Below are positions 19,333 to 27,247 of a stretch of 64,000 bases of DNA, piece by piece. The notes under the pieces are model-generated. The model did not search any database. It was not told the DNA's origin and saw only the letters and a list, made by a program, of their open reading frames with translations. How positions within the stretch are numbered: position 1 is the first letter of the stretch; every line of letters begins with the position of its first letter. A program made the translations under genes and the position numbers. Location of the stretch: NCBI GenBank assembly GCA_965246995.1, contig OZ252008.1, forward strand, positions 3,522,925 to 3,586,924, written 5' to 3'. This DNA comes from Vicinamibacterales bacterium (GTDB taxonomy: Bacteria; Acidobacteriota; Vicinamibacteria; Vicinamibacterales; UBA8438).

Positions 19333-20382
19333 CTATCCCGCCGTCGTCCCGGTGCAGCTCGACCCCAGCCCCGCCGTGCATCCAAAGCAGTGGCGGTCGG
19401 TCACGATGGTCCGCGCCTCGAGCGCGGCCAGGTCGAAGTCAGCGATGTGCCGTGGGGATCGCCCGTTCACCGGCAGATCCAGCATCTGATTGAAGTCGCA
19501 GTCGTACAGCGTCCCTTCCCACCCGACCGACAACGTGTTCCGGCACATCACTCCGCGCGCCGCCGCCGGGTTGTAGGCGTCGACCAGCCGCCCCATGTAT
19601 GCCTCGAGATTGTCGGATTCAATCAACCACTCCAGAAACCGACTGATCGGCATGTTGGTGATGGCGTAGAGCGCATCGAACCGGATCCCGTACAGGCGGT
19701 CGAGTTCCCGTTTCCATTCCTGCTCGAGCGACGGCTGCCCCAGCGGCAGGTACGCCCCGACCGGATTCGTCACCAGCACCAGCCGCAGCCCGGACCGGCC
19801 ATCGCCGTAGCCCACCGCGTTCAATCGCTGCAATGCCTCAATTGACCGCTCGAACACGCCTTCACCCCGCTGCGCGTCCGTGTTGAGCTGGCGGTAGTGC
19901 GGCAGCGAGCAGATCACCTCCACTTGGTGCTCGGCGAGAAAGTCGATCAGATCCGCCTGCGACGGCAGGTTCAGCACCGTCAGGTTGCAGCGATCGATCA
20001 CGTGCCGATCCAGCGCCCGGCACTGCTCCACCAGCCATCGGAAATTCGGGTTGAGTTCCGGGGCGCCGCCGGTGATGTCGACGGTCGGGATGGCGGTCGC
20101 ACGCAGCGCCTGGACACATTGCGCCATCGTCTCCCGCGTCATTGCCTCCCGCCGGTCCGGCCCCGCGTCAACATGGCAATGCCGGCAGGTCTGATTGCAC
20201 AGTTTCCCGACGTTGACCTGCAGGATCTCAATCCCCGTGGGGCGCAGTGGATGCAGCCCCTCGGCGCGGAGCGCCGCCGCAAACTCGCGCTCGACCGGGA
20301 GGCGATGGAGCACGGCGAGCTGTTCGCGCGGCGCCGCGAGCGGCGCCTGCCGCGCGGCAAGGGTTGGCAACGTTATGGCCAT
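19333..20382 (-). CDS. arsS: Arsenosugar biosynthesis-type radical SAM protein (ArsS family)
   Basis: QVNVGKLCNQTCRHCHVDAGP, YDCDFNQML, HCFGCTAGLGSSC. Confidence 0.82.
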   Translation of the reverse strand: MAITLPTLAARQAPLAAPREQLAVLHRLPVEREFAAALRAEGLHPLRPTGIEILQVNVGKLCNQTCRHCHVDAGPDRREAMTRETMAQCVQALRATAIPTVDITGGAPELNPNFRWLVEQCRALDRHVIDRCNLTVLNLPSQADLIDFLAEHQVEVICSLPHYRQLNTDAQRGEGVFERSIEALQRLNAVGYGDGRSGLRLVLVTNPVGAYLPLGQPSLEQEWKRELDRLYGIRFDALYAITNMPISRFLEWLIESDNLEAYMGRLVDAYNPAAARGVMCRNTLSVGWEGTLYDCDFNQMLDLPVNGRSPRHIADFDLAALEARTIVTDRHCFGCTAGLGSSCTGTTAG

Positions 20383-20434
20383 GGTGTGTCAGCGCCGGAA
20401 ACGGGGGATGGACTCCCTCCGGTGCACTGGCGTT

Positions 20435-20770
20435 TCACATGCCGATACGGCCGGCATGATTCCGCATCTGCACGCCATGAACCAGCGATGCTCCGCCGCG
20501 GATGGCCGAGGCGACATGGACCGCTTCGGTCATCTGGTCCATGTCGGCCCCCTTCTCCAGGGCGTCGGCGCTATACGCATCGATGCAATACGGACACTGC
20601 ACCGCGTGGGCGACCGCAAGAGCAATCAACGACTTCTCGCGCGCCGATAGCGCACCGTCCTCGAACACCGCGTTGTACCAGGCGAAGAACTTCTCCGCCA
20701 GTTCCGGCCGGTTCTTGCCCATCTCGGGAAACCGTTCGAGGTCGTCCGCATGGTAGTACGTATCGTGCAT
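20435..20770 (-). CDS. AhpD/CMD-family peroxidase-like protein typically paired with ArsS
   Basis: GALSAREKSLIALAVAHAVQCPYCIDAY; AIRGGASLVHGVQM. Confidence 0.88.
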   Translation of the reverse strand: MHDTYYHADDLERFPEMGKNRPELAEKFFAWYNAVFEDGALSAREKSLIALAVAHAVQCPYCIDAYSADALEKGADMDQMTEAVHVASAIRGGASLVHGVQMRNHAGRIGM

Positions 20771-20936
20771 GGTTCCCGGCATCCCTCCCAAACCGGCCGG
20801 CGCTACGGCTACAGGCGTTTACATTTCCATCGTAACCCCAAACCCCGGCAGGGTGCGACGCGGAGGGCCGGATGCATCCGACCAGTTGCGCGAGGAGCAC
20901 GTCTATCTTTCCGCTTCTCTCACGCGAGCCGGTGTA

Positions 20937-20969
20937 CTGACAGAATCTGACAGTTCAACCGTTTAGAAC
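20937..20969 (+). promoter_or_regulatory. Putative WYL-regulator operator/promoter 1
   Basis: CTGACAG-aat-CTGACAG-N10-TAGAAC, ending 9 nt before the WYL ATG; same layout at 22068. Confidence 0.65.
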
Positions 20970-20978
20970 AGAGCCCTC

Positions 20979-22001
20979 ATGAGTCGCCCTGCCCGCCTGC
21001 TGGATCTCGTGCAACTCCTGGCCGGACGCCGTGCCCTGCCACTCAAGGAAATCGCCGAACGGTTCGAGATCTCCGAGCGGACGGCCTACCGCGACCTCTC
21101 GGAACTCTCCCTCCGCGGCATCCCGGTCACGCGGAACGACTACGGCTACCGCTTGCTCGACACAGCCGTAATCCGGCCCCTCGCCCTCACCGCAGCCGAG
21201 CGCGCCGTGCTCAAGCTGCTGCTGAACAATCCGGCGGCTCGGAAAGCGCCCGACGTGGTCAAGGCGCTCAAGCTGGTCGAAGCGAAGCTCGACCTGGCCA
21301 CGCGGCAGATAGAAGAAACGCCCAGCGCGCTGACGCTTGCCGGTCCGGAGCGGTCGGGCAAACTGGAAGCAGGACTGACGTCGCGTCTCGAAGAAGCTAT
21401 CGCGGGACGACAACCGATCTCGATCAACTACCGCTCCCTGGCGGGCGGCCTCCAGGCGTGGCGCGGTGTCGACCCGTACGAGATCTTCCACCGCGAGAAC
21501 GCCTGGTACCTCGTCGGCCGCTGCCACCTTCACGACGAACCGCGCACCTTCAGGCTCGACCGCATCTCGCAGCTCAAGCCGCTGACCGGCGCCTTCCGGC
21601 GTCCCGACTTCGATATCAACGCTTTCCTCGAAAGCACCTGGGCGATCTACCGCGGGCGCACACGGCACGACATCGTCATCCACTTTGACGCGTCGCTCGC
21701 CCCGCTGATCGAACAGGGCTTCCACCACCCCACGGAAAAGGTGGAGAAGCTGGGCAACGGCAACCTCGAGTACCGCGTCGAACTCTCGCACCTCGACGAG
21801 ATCGCCCGATGGGTCGTCAGCTTCGCCGGCCAGGCACGAGCCGTCCAGCCGCCGGTGCTCACTATCCTCGTCCACGACATCGCCTCCGCCGCTCTGGACG
21901 CCCACAATCCCGAGACCCCCCAGCCGCCCAGCGGCCACCAGGAGGGGCTCCCCGGACTCTCCACGCTGGACAAACCGACCAGCCAGCGCCCGTTGATCTG
22001 A
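20979..22001 (+). CDS. HTH-WYL-WCX transcriptional regulator (PafC/DriD/YafY-like)
   Basis: wHTH IAERFEISERTAYRDL; VDPY..NAWYLVGRCH..RTFRLDRI; C-terminal WVVSFAG. Confidence 0.92.
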   Translation: MSRPARLLDLVQLLAGRRALPLKEIAERFEISERTAYRDLSELSLRGIPVTRNDYGYRLLDTAVIRPLALTAAERAVLKLLLNNPAARKAPDVVKALKLVEAKLDLATRQIEETPSALTLAGPERSGKLEAGLTSRLEEAIAGRQPISINYRSLAGGLQAWRGVDPYEIFHRENAWYLVGRCHLHDEPRTFRLDRISQLKPLTGAFRRPDFDINAFLESTWAIYRGRTRHDIVIHFDASLAPLIEQGFHHPTEKVEKLGNGNLEYRVELSHLDEIARWVVSFAGQARAVQPPVLTILVHDIASAALDAHNPETPQPPSGHQEGLPGLSTLDKPTSQRPLI

Positions 22002-22067
22002 CGCTCCGATCCGACACTCGCCACGAGTCAGCGGCTTCCGTCACGTTCTGCGGAGGCCCTCAAGGTC

Positions 22068-22100
22068 CTGACAGGTTCTGACAGGTTCTCCGCCTACGGT
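22068..22100 (+). promoter_or_regulatory. Putative WYL-regulator operator/promoter 2
   Basis: CTGACAG-gtt-CTGACAG-N10-TACGGT. Confidence 0.65.
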
Positions 22101-22193
22101 TAGACCGTCGCCCGGTCGTCACCCGACACACGTGGTCAAGGCCGGCATTCGGCCCGGCGACCAATCCCGGTCCGGGCATTCTGGAGGAAACAG

Positions 22194-22652
22194 ATGATCG
22201 CTAGATTCATTGGACTCATGATCGCTTTCGTTCTGCTGATGCCGATCGGCGCCGCGGCACAGAACGTCACTGCTGAAGTCGGTGGAGCAGGTTTCGGCGT
22301 GGCAGCCCGCACGTCATTCGGTACGGTGTCAAGTGGTGTAGGGGGAGGTTACGCCGGCGCGTCGGTGGCCATCCCGGACACGACATGGCTTCAGCCATAC
22401 GTCGCTGTCAATGGCTTCTCCGATCTCGGCGTTCTCTGGCAGGCTGGCGCCAACCTCAGGCTCGGCCCGGAACGGTGGCTCGCTCGCCCTGCAGCACGCA
22501 TAGGCGCGGCGTTCAGCGACGGCGGAGAAGTTACCGGCGGCATCGGCGTCCATGTGGGTCGCAACGCTGGCGCAGCGTTCACGGCCGACTGGGGATCAGT
22601 CGAGGGGATCGTGTTTTCCGTGGTCCACATCGGCGCCTTCTTCAGCTTCTAG
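22194..22652 (+). CDS. Small outer-membrane beta-barrel-like secreted protein
   Basis: GGAGG RBS; signal peptide; Gly/aromatic alternating strands; C-terminal Phe (GAFFSF). Confidence 0.65.
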   Translation: MIARFIGLMIAFVLLMPIGAAAQNVTAEVGGAGFGVAARTSFGTVSSGVGGGYAGASVAIPDTTWLQPYVAVNGFSDLGVLWQAGANLRLGPERWLARPAARIGAAFSDGGEVTGGIGVHVGRNAGAAFTADWGSVEGIVFSVVHIGAFFSF

Positions 22653-22658
22653 CTGGGC

Positions 22659-22688
22659 GGGCCGGCGCACGAGGATGCGCGCCGGCCC
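22659..22688. terminator. GC-rich 10-bp hairpin (terminator or mRNA stabiliser)
   Basis: GGGCCGGCGC...GCGCCGGCCC just after the stop codon; no U-tract. Confidence 0.35.
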
Positions 22689-22804
22689 ATCCGGCCCGAC
22701 CTTACCCTGGCAACCTGCTGCACGATACGTAAACATGACGCCGTCCTCCTGCTGGGCTCCGGGCATTCGATAGCAGGGCAACCAATCGAGAAGGACAAAA
22801 TCCC

Positions 22805-24388
22805 ATGCATTCGCTCATCCCCCGTTTCGCCTTTTCCGTCCTGCTTCTCGGACTTCTGCTCCTGCCGGACCAAGCGGCAGCCCAGCGCTGGAACGACCTT
22901 GAAGATGCGCTCGAAGGCCGGGAGCTGGTCCTCAGACCAACCTTCGAGGGCCGCCGAAAGGTCTACCTCGACATGGAGAACGACAGCGTCTTCGCGCTCC
23001 ATCGGGGAAACCGCCTCTTCCCTCTTCGGGAGAGCGAGACGGTCCGGATTACCGACGCCGACCCGGAGGATGACCACATCGAACTCGAACTGCAGAGCCC
23101 ACGTCTCGGCCGTGGCCGTGTCGATTTCTACGGCCCGGCGCCATCGGCCGAGGACTTCGAGAGCTGGCTGGATGAAGTGTTCGAGGTGACGACCGCTGAA
23201 GCTGACTTCCAGCGTTACGTCGGGAATGGGCAGAGCCGGACGCTGCACACCCGGGGGGCGAATCACCTACCGGCAACGGCAGACCGGCAGCTTTTTGCGA
23301 CGGAGGCCGATGCGGTTGCCAGTGGGTACAACCGCTGCGGCGTCTGTTTTGTCCCTACCCCCGATGTCTCGAACTACGAAACCGAGCGTTCGCTTGCGCT
23401 GATGTCGTTGCAGCAGGTGCAGTCCGCGTTCTATCCGCTTGTCGATACGGAACTGCAGGAGTACGTCGAAGGGCTCGGGGAGCAGGTTCTTGCCAACTGG
23501 CCGGTTCCTCTCAAGGGCTACCGGTACCGGTTCCAGGTGGTGGACGCCGACGACATTAACGCGTTCGCAGTCCCTACGGGATACGTCTTCCTGACCCGCG
23601 GGCTCCTTGAATCCCTCGAGGGTGAGAACGAAGTGGCGGCAATCCTCGCCCACGAGATCGCTCATGTCGAGAGTCGTCACAGCTACCGCATCTGGCGAAA
23701 CGCGCAGCGGGCCTCGACCATCGCCGGGATCGTAGGCATTCTGGCTGGGGGCACCGACAACGTCGCTGACGACATCGTCGCTACGATGACCTCCTTCACG
23801 GCGAACCTGTTCATGGCGGGTCACGGGCGCGACCGTGAACGCGAAGCAGACCTGTTCGCAAGCTTCTACCTCAACGAGGTGGATGTCGGTGATGAACCAC
23901 TGCTGAATTCGTTCCGCAAGCTCAAGTTTGCTCGCGACGCCTACGATCCCTTCGGGGACGGGAGCGGCGGGTTGTTCGCGAGCCACCCGCACATCGACGA
24001 GCGTCTTGACAGGGCTACCGGAACAGTCACCACGTCGTTCGCTGAAGAAGACGTGTTCCAGGGCGTGACGGACAATGGTGAGTTGGTTGCCACCCTCCGC
24101 TTCGACGTGCAGCGGCTCTTCCGGAACGAGCTGGACGTGGTCGCAACGCTTTCGACAACCCCGGAACTTGGCGAAGAAGACGACGTTAATACGATCAACA
24201 TCCGGGTGGCCGGTCAACGCATTGAACTGAGAGAGCGGACGGCCGAGAAGATCTTCCCAAGCGATGAGGTCTCGGCAGTCTTCGGCAACGATGGCGCACG
24301 GGGATTGATCGAGGGACCGATCGAGTCGGTAGATCTCGACTTGCGGAACGTCGACCGCTGGGAGCGCGTCGCGGCCATCGCACCGTAG
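22805..24388 (+). CDS. Secreted M48-family metallopeptidase with an Ada-like metal-binding module
   Basis: INAFAVPTG, HEIAH, REREAD, FASHP; upstream YVGN..TLH...F.TEADA..SGYNRCGVC. Confidence 0.85.
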   Translation: MHSLIPRFAFSVLLLGLLLLPDQAAAQRWNDLEDALEGRELVLRPTFEGRRKVYLDMENDSVFALHRGNRLFPLRESETVRITDADPEDDHIELELQSPRLGRGRVDFYGPAPSAEDFESWLDEVFEVTTAEADFQRYVGNGQSRTLHTRGANHLPATADRQLFATEADAVASGYNRCGVCFVPTPDVSNYETERSLALMSLQQVQSAFYPLVDTELQEYVEGLGEQVLANWPVPLKGYRYRFQVVDADDINAFAVPTGYVFLTRGLLESLEGENEVAAILAHEIAHVESRHSYRIWRNAQRASTIAGIVGILAGGTDNVADDIVATMTSFTANLFMAGHGRDREREADLFASFYLNEVDVGDEPLLNSFRKLKFARDAYDPFGDGSGGLFASHPHIDERLDRATGTVTTSFAEEDVFQGVTDNGELVATLRFDVQRLFRNELDVVATLSTTPELGEEDDVNTINIRVAGQRIELRERTAEKIFPSDEVSAVFGNDGARGLIEGPIESVDLDLRNVDRWERVAAIAP

Positions 24389-24417
24389 AGAACAGCGACG
24401 TCGCTGTCTGCGGATCA

Positions 24418-25602
24418 CTAAGACAGGTTCTGCAGCCCGGTGAGCAGCGTCGCCAGCTCACGGAGGCCGATCGCTTCGATCCCCTCGGCCATCGGGTAGC
24501 GCTCATCGCCCGAGTAGACGACGAACGATCGGTCGACTTCCAGGTCGTCGCGCGCATGGTAGAAACCGCGCGCCAGTGCGGGGGCCAGACCGTGTTTCAC
24601 CTCGATTGCCCAGCGACCGCGGTTCCCAGGCAGGTCGAGCAACAGGTCGATCTCCGCTCCGGCTGACGTCCGGTAGAAACCAGCGTCGGTGAAAGATGGT
24701 GCGACGCGCAGCAGGCTCTCAATGACGAAACCCTCCCAGCTTGCGCCGACCACCGGATGGCCCATGAGTGCGCTGTAGTCATCGATCCGCAGCAAGGCAT
24801 GCAACAGACCGCTGTCGCGCACGTACACCTTCGGCGACTTGACGAGGCGCTTACGGACGTTCGCATGGACAGGCCGCAGCCGCCGGACCAGCAGCAGATC
24901 GACCAGAAGATCGATGTAGCGGCTGACGGTCGGCGAACTGACCGACAAAGACGCCGCGAGCTTCGACGCGTCCAGCAGCGTCCCTTGACCGTGCGCCAAC
25001 ATGGTCCAGAGCCGCTCCAGTGTTTCCGCGGGAACACGCGGCCCGAACTCCGGCACCTCCCTCTGCAGGTAGGTGCGTACCAGGTTTCCCCGGTAGGCAA
25101 AGCTGTCGACATCGTTCTTCGCGAGGAAGCTGAGTGGGAATCCGCCGCGCAACCAGAGCTTCGTGGTCGACGCCGCATCCGGCGCCGCTTCCAGTACGTC
25201 GAACGGCTGCAACTCGACGTACTCGATCCGACCCGCCAGACTCTCACCCGACTGACGCAGCAACTCCATCGATGCCGATCCGAGCACCAGGAAGCGACCG
25301 GTCCCCCGACCCTCCCGGCGCCCCCGATCGATGATCCCGCGGAGCTCCTGAAAGAGTTCCGGCGTTCGGTGAATCTCGTCGAGGATTACCAGCCGGTCCT
25401 CGTAGTCCCGCAAGAAAAGCGCCGGTGCGGCGAGCTTGTTGCGGGCCTCGGATGTCTCCAAATCCAGGTAGAGAGCGTCCCCACCTGTGGCTATCTGATG
25501 CGCCAGCGTCGTCTTTCCCGCCTGGCGCGGGCCAATCAGCGCGACCGCCGCCTGGCGCTGAAGACCGCGCGCCACGGCCGCTGCCGCCCTTCGGTCCATC
25601 AT
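24418..25602 (-). CDS. AAA_14 ATPase with DUF4143 and a PD-(D/E)XK-like C-terminus
   Basis: GPRQAGKT, ILDEIH, LGSAS, ESLAGR, RGGFP, KSPKVYVRDSGL, EIDLL...AIEVK. Confidence 0.9.
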   Translation of the reverse strand: MMDRRAAAAVARGLQRQAAVALIGPRQAGKTTLAHQIATGGDALYLDLETSEARNKLAAPALFLRDYEDRLVILDEIHRTPELFQELRGIIDRGRREGRGTGRFLVLGSASMELLRQSGESLAGRIEYVELQPFDVLEAAPDAASTTKLWLRGGFPLSFLAKNDVDSFAYRGNLVRTYLQREVPEFGPRVPAETLERLWTMLAHGQGTLLDASKLAASLSVSSPTVSRYIDLLVDLLLVRRLRPVHANVRKRLVKSPKVYVRDSGLLHALLRIDDYSALMGHPVVGASWEGFVIESLLRVAPSFTDAGFYRTSAGAEIDLLLDLPGNRGRWAIEVKHGLAPALARGFYHARDDLEVDRSFVVYSGDERYPMAEGIEAIGLRELATLLTGLQNLS

Positions 25603-25639
25603 CCTTGTAATATTATTGCACTGCATTAATATTACAAGG
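25603..25639. promoter_or_regulatory. AT-rich palindromic operator candidate
   Basis: CCTTGTAATATTA-N11-TAATATTACAAGG, perfect 13-bp arms, between divergent starts. Confidence 0.7.
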
Positions 25640-25654
25640 TTATAGGGAGGATCC

Positions 25655-26068
25655 ATGCCCAAGCTTGCGACCGCCATCGCCAGTGCCTTGACCCTTCTTG
25701 TCCTGACCCCACTCGCAGCGGCCCAGCAGCCCGAACAGCCGGAGAAGTACCTGCTGCTCGCCACCAACCGCACCGGGACCATGCAGGACGAGCTCAACGA
25801 GGCTGGCGCGCGCGGCTACCGATTCGCAGGCACCCAGGGTGGCGAGACCTCCTTCGGCGGCAATGAGGCGGTCGTCATCATGACGCTCGACCCCGACGGC
25901 CAGCGGTTTCAGTACATCCTGCTTGCCACGAACCGCACCGGCACGATGCAGAGCGAAATGAACGAGGCGCCGCCGGAGTACAACTTCGTTGGCATGACCG
26001 TGTTCCGCTCGACGTTCGGTGGCCGGGAGGCCGCCGTCATCCTCGAAGCCGAAATCACCAACGACTGA
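25655..26068 (+). CDS. Hypothetical secreted protein with a duplicated domain
   Basis: GGGAGG RBS; signal peptide; Y.LLATNRTGTMQ.E.NEA and FGG.EA.VI each occur twice. Confidence 0.8.
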   Translation: MPKLATAIASALTLLVLTPLAAAQQPEQPEKYLLLATNRTGTMQDELNEAGARGYRFAGTQGGETSFGGNEAVVIMTLDPDGQRFQYILLATNRTGTMQSEMNEAPPEYNFVGMTVFRSTFGGREAAVILEAEITND

Positions 26069-26079
26069 CCCGTCGGGGT

Positions 26080-26186
26080 CGTCGTGAACGCGAACGTCCA
26101 AGGCCGCGTAAAAACGGTCGGATCCTCGATGGTCGCCTCGAAGTGAAGAGTGTGGGCGCCAGGCGCCAGCGCTCAAGCACCCACGC
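26080..26186 (-). pseudogene. Frameshifted fragment of the EYACHEGN-family gene
   Basis: WVLERWRL then, in a shifted frame, HTLHFEATIEDPTVFTRPWTFAF; matches VIRYEARIEDPNTFTRPW of the 13830 gene. Confidence 0.65.
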
Positions 26187-26283
26187 GCCCCGCCCAGGGT
26201 CCCGCGGGCGAGCGGCGGATTCGTTGAGACTCGATTGCATTCCCACCCCCGCCTGCGCAAGACTCCCTCGCTGGAGGCAAGAC

Positions 26284-26668
26284 ATGACGCGCACCGTTCT
26301 CGGAACTCTCTCATTCGGTCTGGCGGCCATCCTGGCCGCCAGCACGCTGCCGTCTGACAGCAGCACCGCCGCCCAGGCGCCCGGCCCGATCCCGGTTGCC
26401 ACCATCGGCCAGCTCGAACGGGCGATGGTCGGCCCTTCCTCCGACGCCATCTTCAACGTCGGCCGCGCGGAACCGGCAACGGACGACGAATGGCTCGCAC
26501 TGGAAGACGCCGCTGTCATCCTGACCGAGGCACCCAATCTCTACATGATGGACGGACGCCGCGCCGACGACGGCGAGTGGATCACGATGGCGCGTGCGAT
26601 GTACGAGGCCGGACGGGCCGCTCTCGTCGCCGTTGAAGCGCGTGACGTCGACGGGATCCTGGGACTCT
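26284..26668 (+). pseudogene. Secreted helical (cytochrome c'-like) protein truncated by the IS remnant
   Basis: GGAGG RBS, signal peptide, P.TDDEW..LEDAAV.L.EA.NL; reading frame runs into antisense IS481 sequence and has no CxxCH. Confidence 0.5.
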
Positions 26669-27245
26669 CGACATGGCGTTTGCGAAAGCAGCGACTTGCG
26701 CTTCTCGAGAAGGCCACCTCCTCGGCGTCGAGCTCCGGCGCGCGGTCGGCATTCGTCCAGTATCAGCCAGCGCTCATGGCGGGTGCTCAAGCCGTGGTCG
26801 TTGAGGGTTTTCTGAATCGTGATGGACGACACCCGGCAGCCCTCCGGCGACAGCATCGCCTCGAGCCGGTTGCGGCCATAGGCCGGATGCTCTAACGCCA
26901 GCTCCCTGATCCGAGCACCATCTCCGGTGGGGTCGTCTGCGGGTGGCTCTCGTGGATCGGCGGCAGGTCCCGCAGACCCTCGAACCCGTGGGTCTGGAAG
27001 CGCCGCTTCCACTCGTAGAAGCTCGTCCGATCCGTTCCCCGCTGACGGTACGCCTCGGCAACGTTCCCCAACTTCTGCGCCAGTTCCAGAACGCTCAGGC
27101 TTGCTCGGCGAGCCCGCTCCTCCCATCACGTTTTGCCGCTGTCAGACTTCGTTGCCGTGCGTCCCATGAGGACCTCCTTTCCGTGCAAAACAGCACCGCT
27201 AGCTAGAGGGTTAAGAGGACACTTCAGGAGCACTTGGCTACTGTG
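26660..27245 (-). mobile_element. IS481-family transposase remnant (5' part, stop and frameshifts)
   Basis: AAGGAGG + ATG 27167; SVLELAQKLGNVAEA..DRTSFYEWKRRFQTHG.EGL.DLPPIH, EHPAYG.NRL, CFRKRHVES in different frames; catalytic core absent; ends approximate. Confidence 0.8.
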
Positions 27246-27247
27246 TC

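Noticed and set aside
19345-19365. Possible selenocysteine in the ArsS C-terminal GSS(C/U) motif
   Set aside because: The codon is TGC (Cys); there is no in-frame TGA
26354-26360. Additional CTGACAG heptamer
   Set aside because: Single copy inside coding sequence, lacking the second repeat
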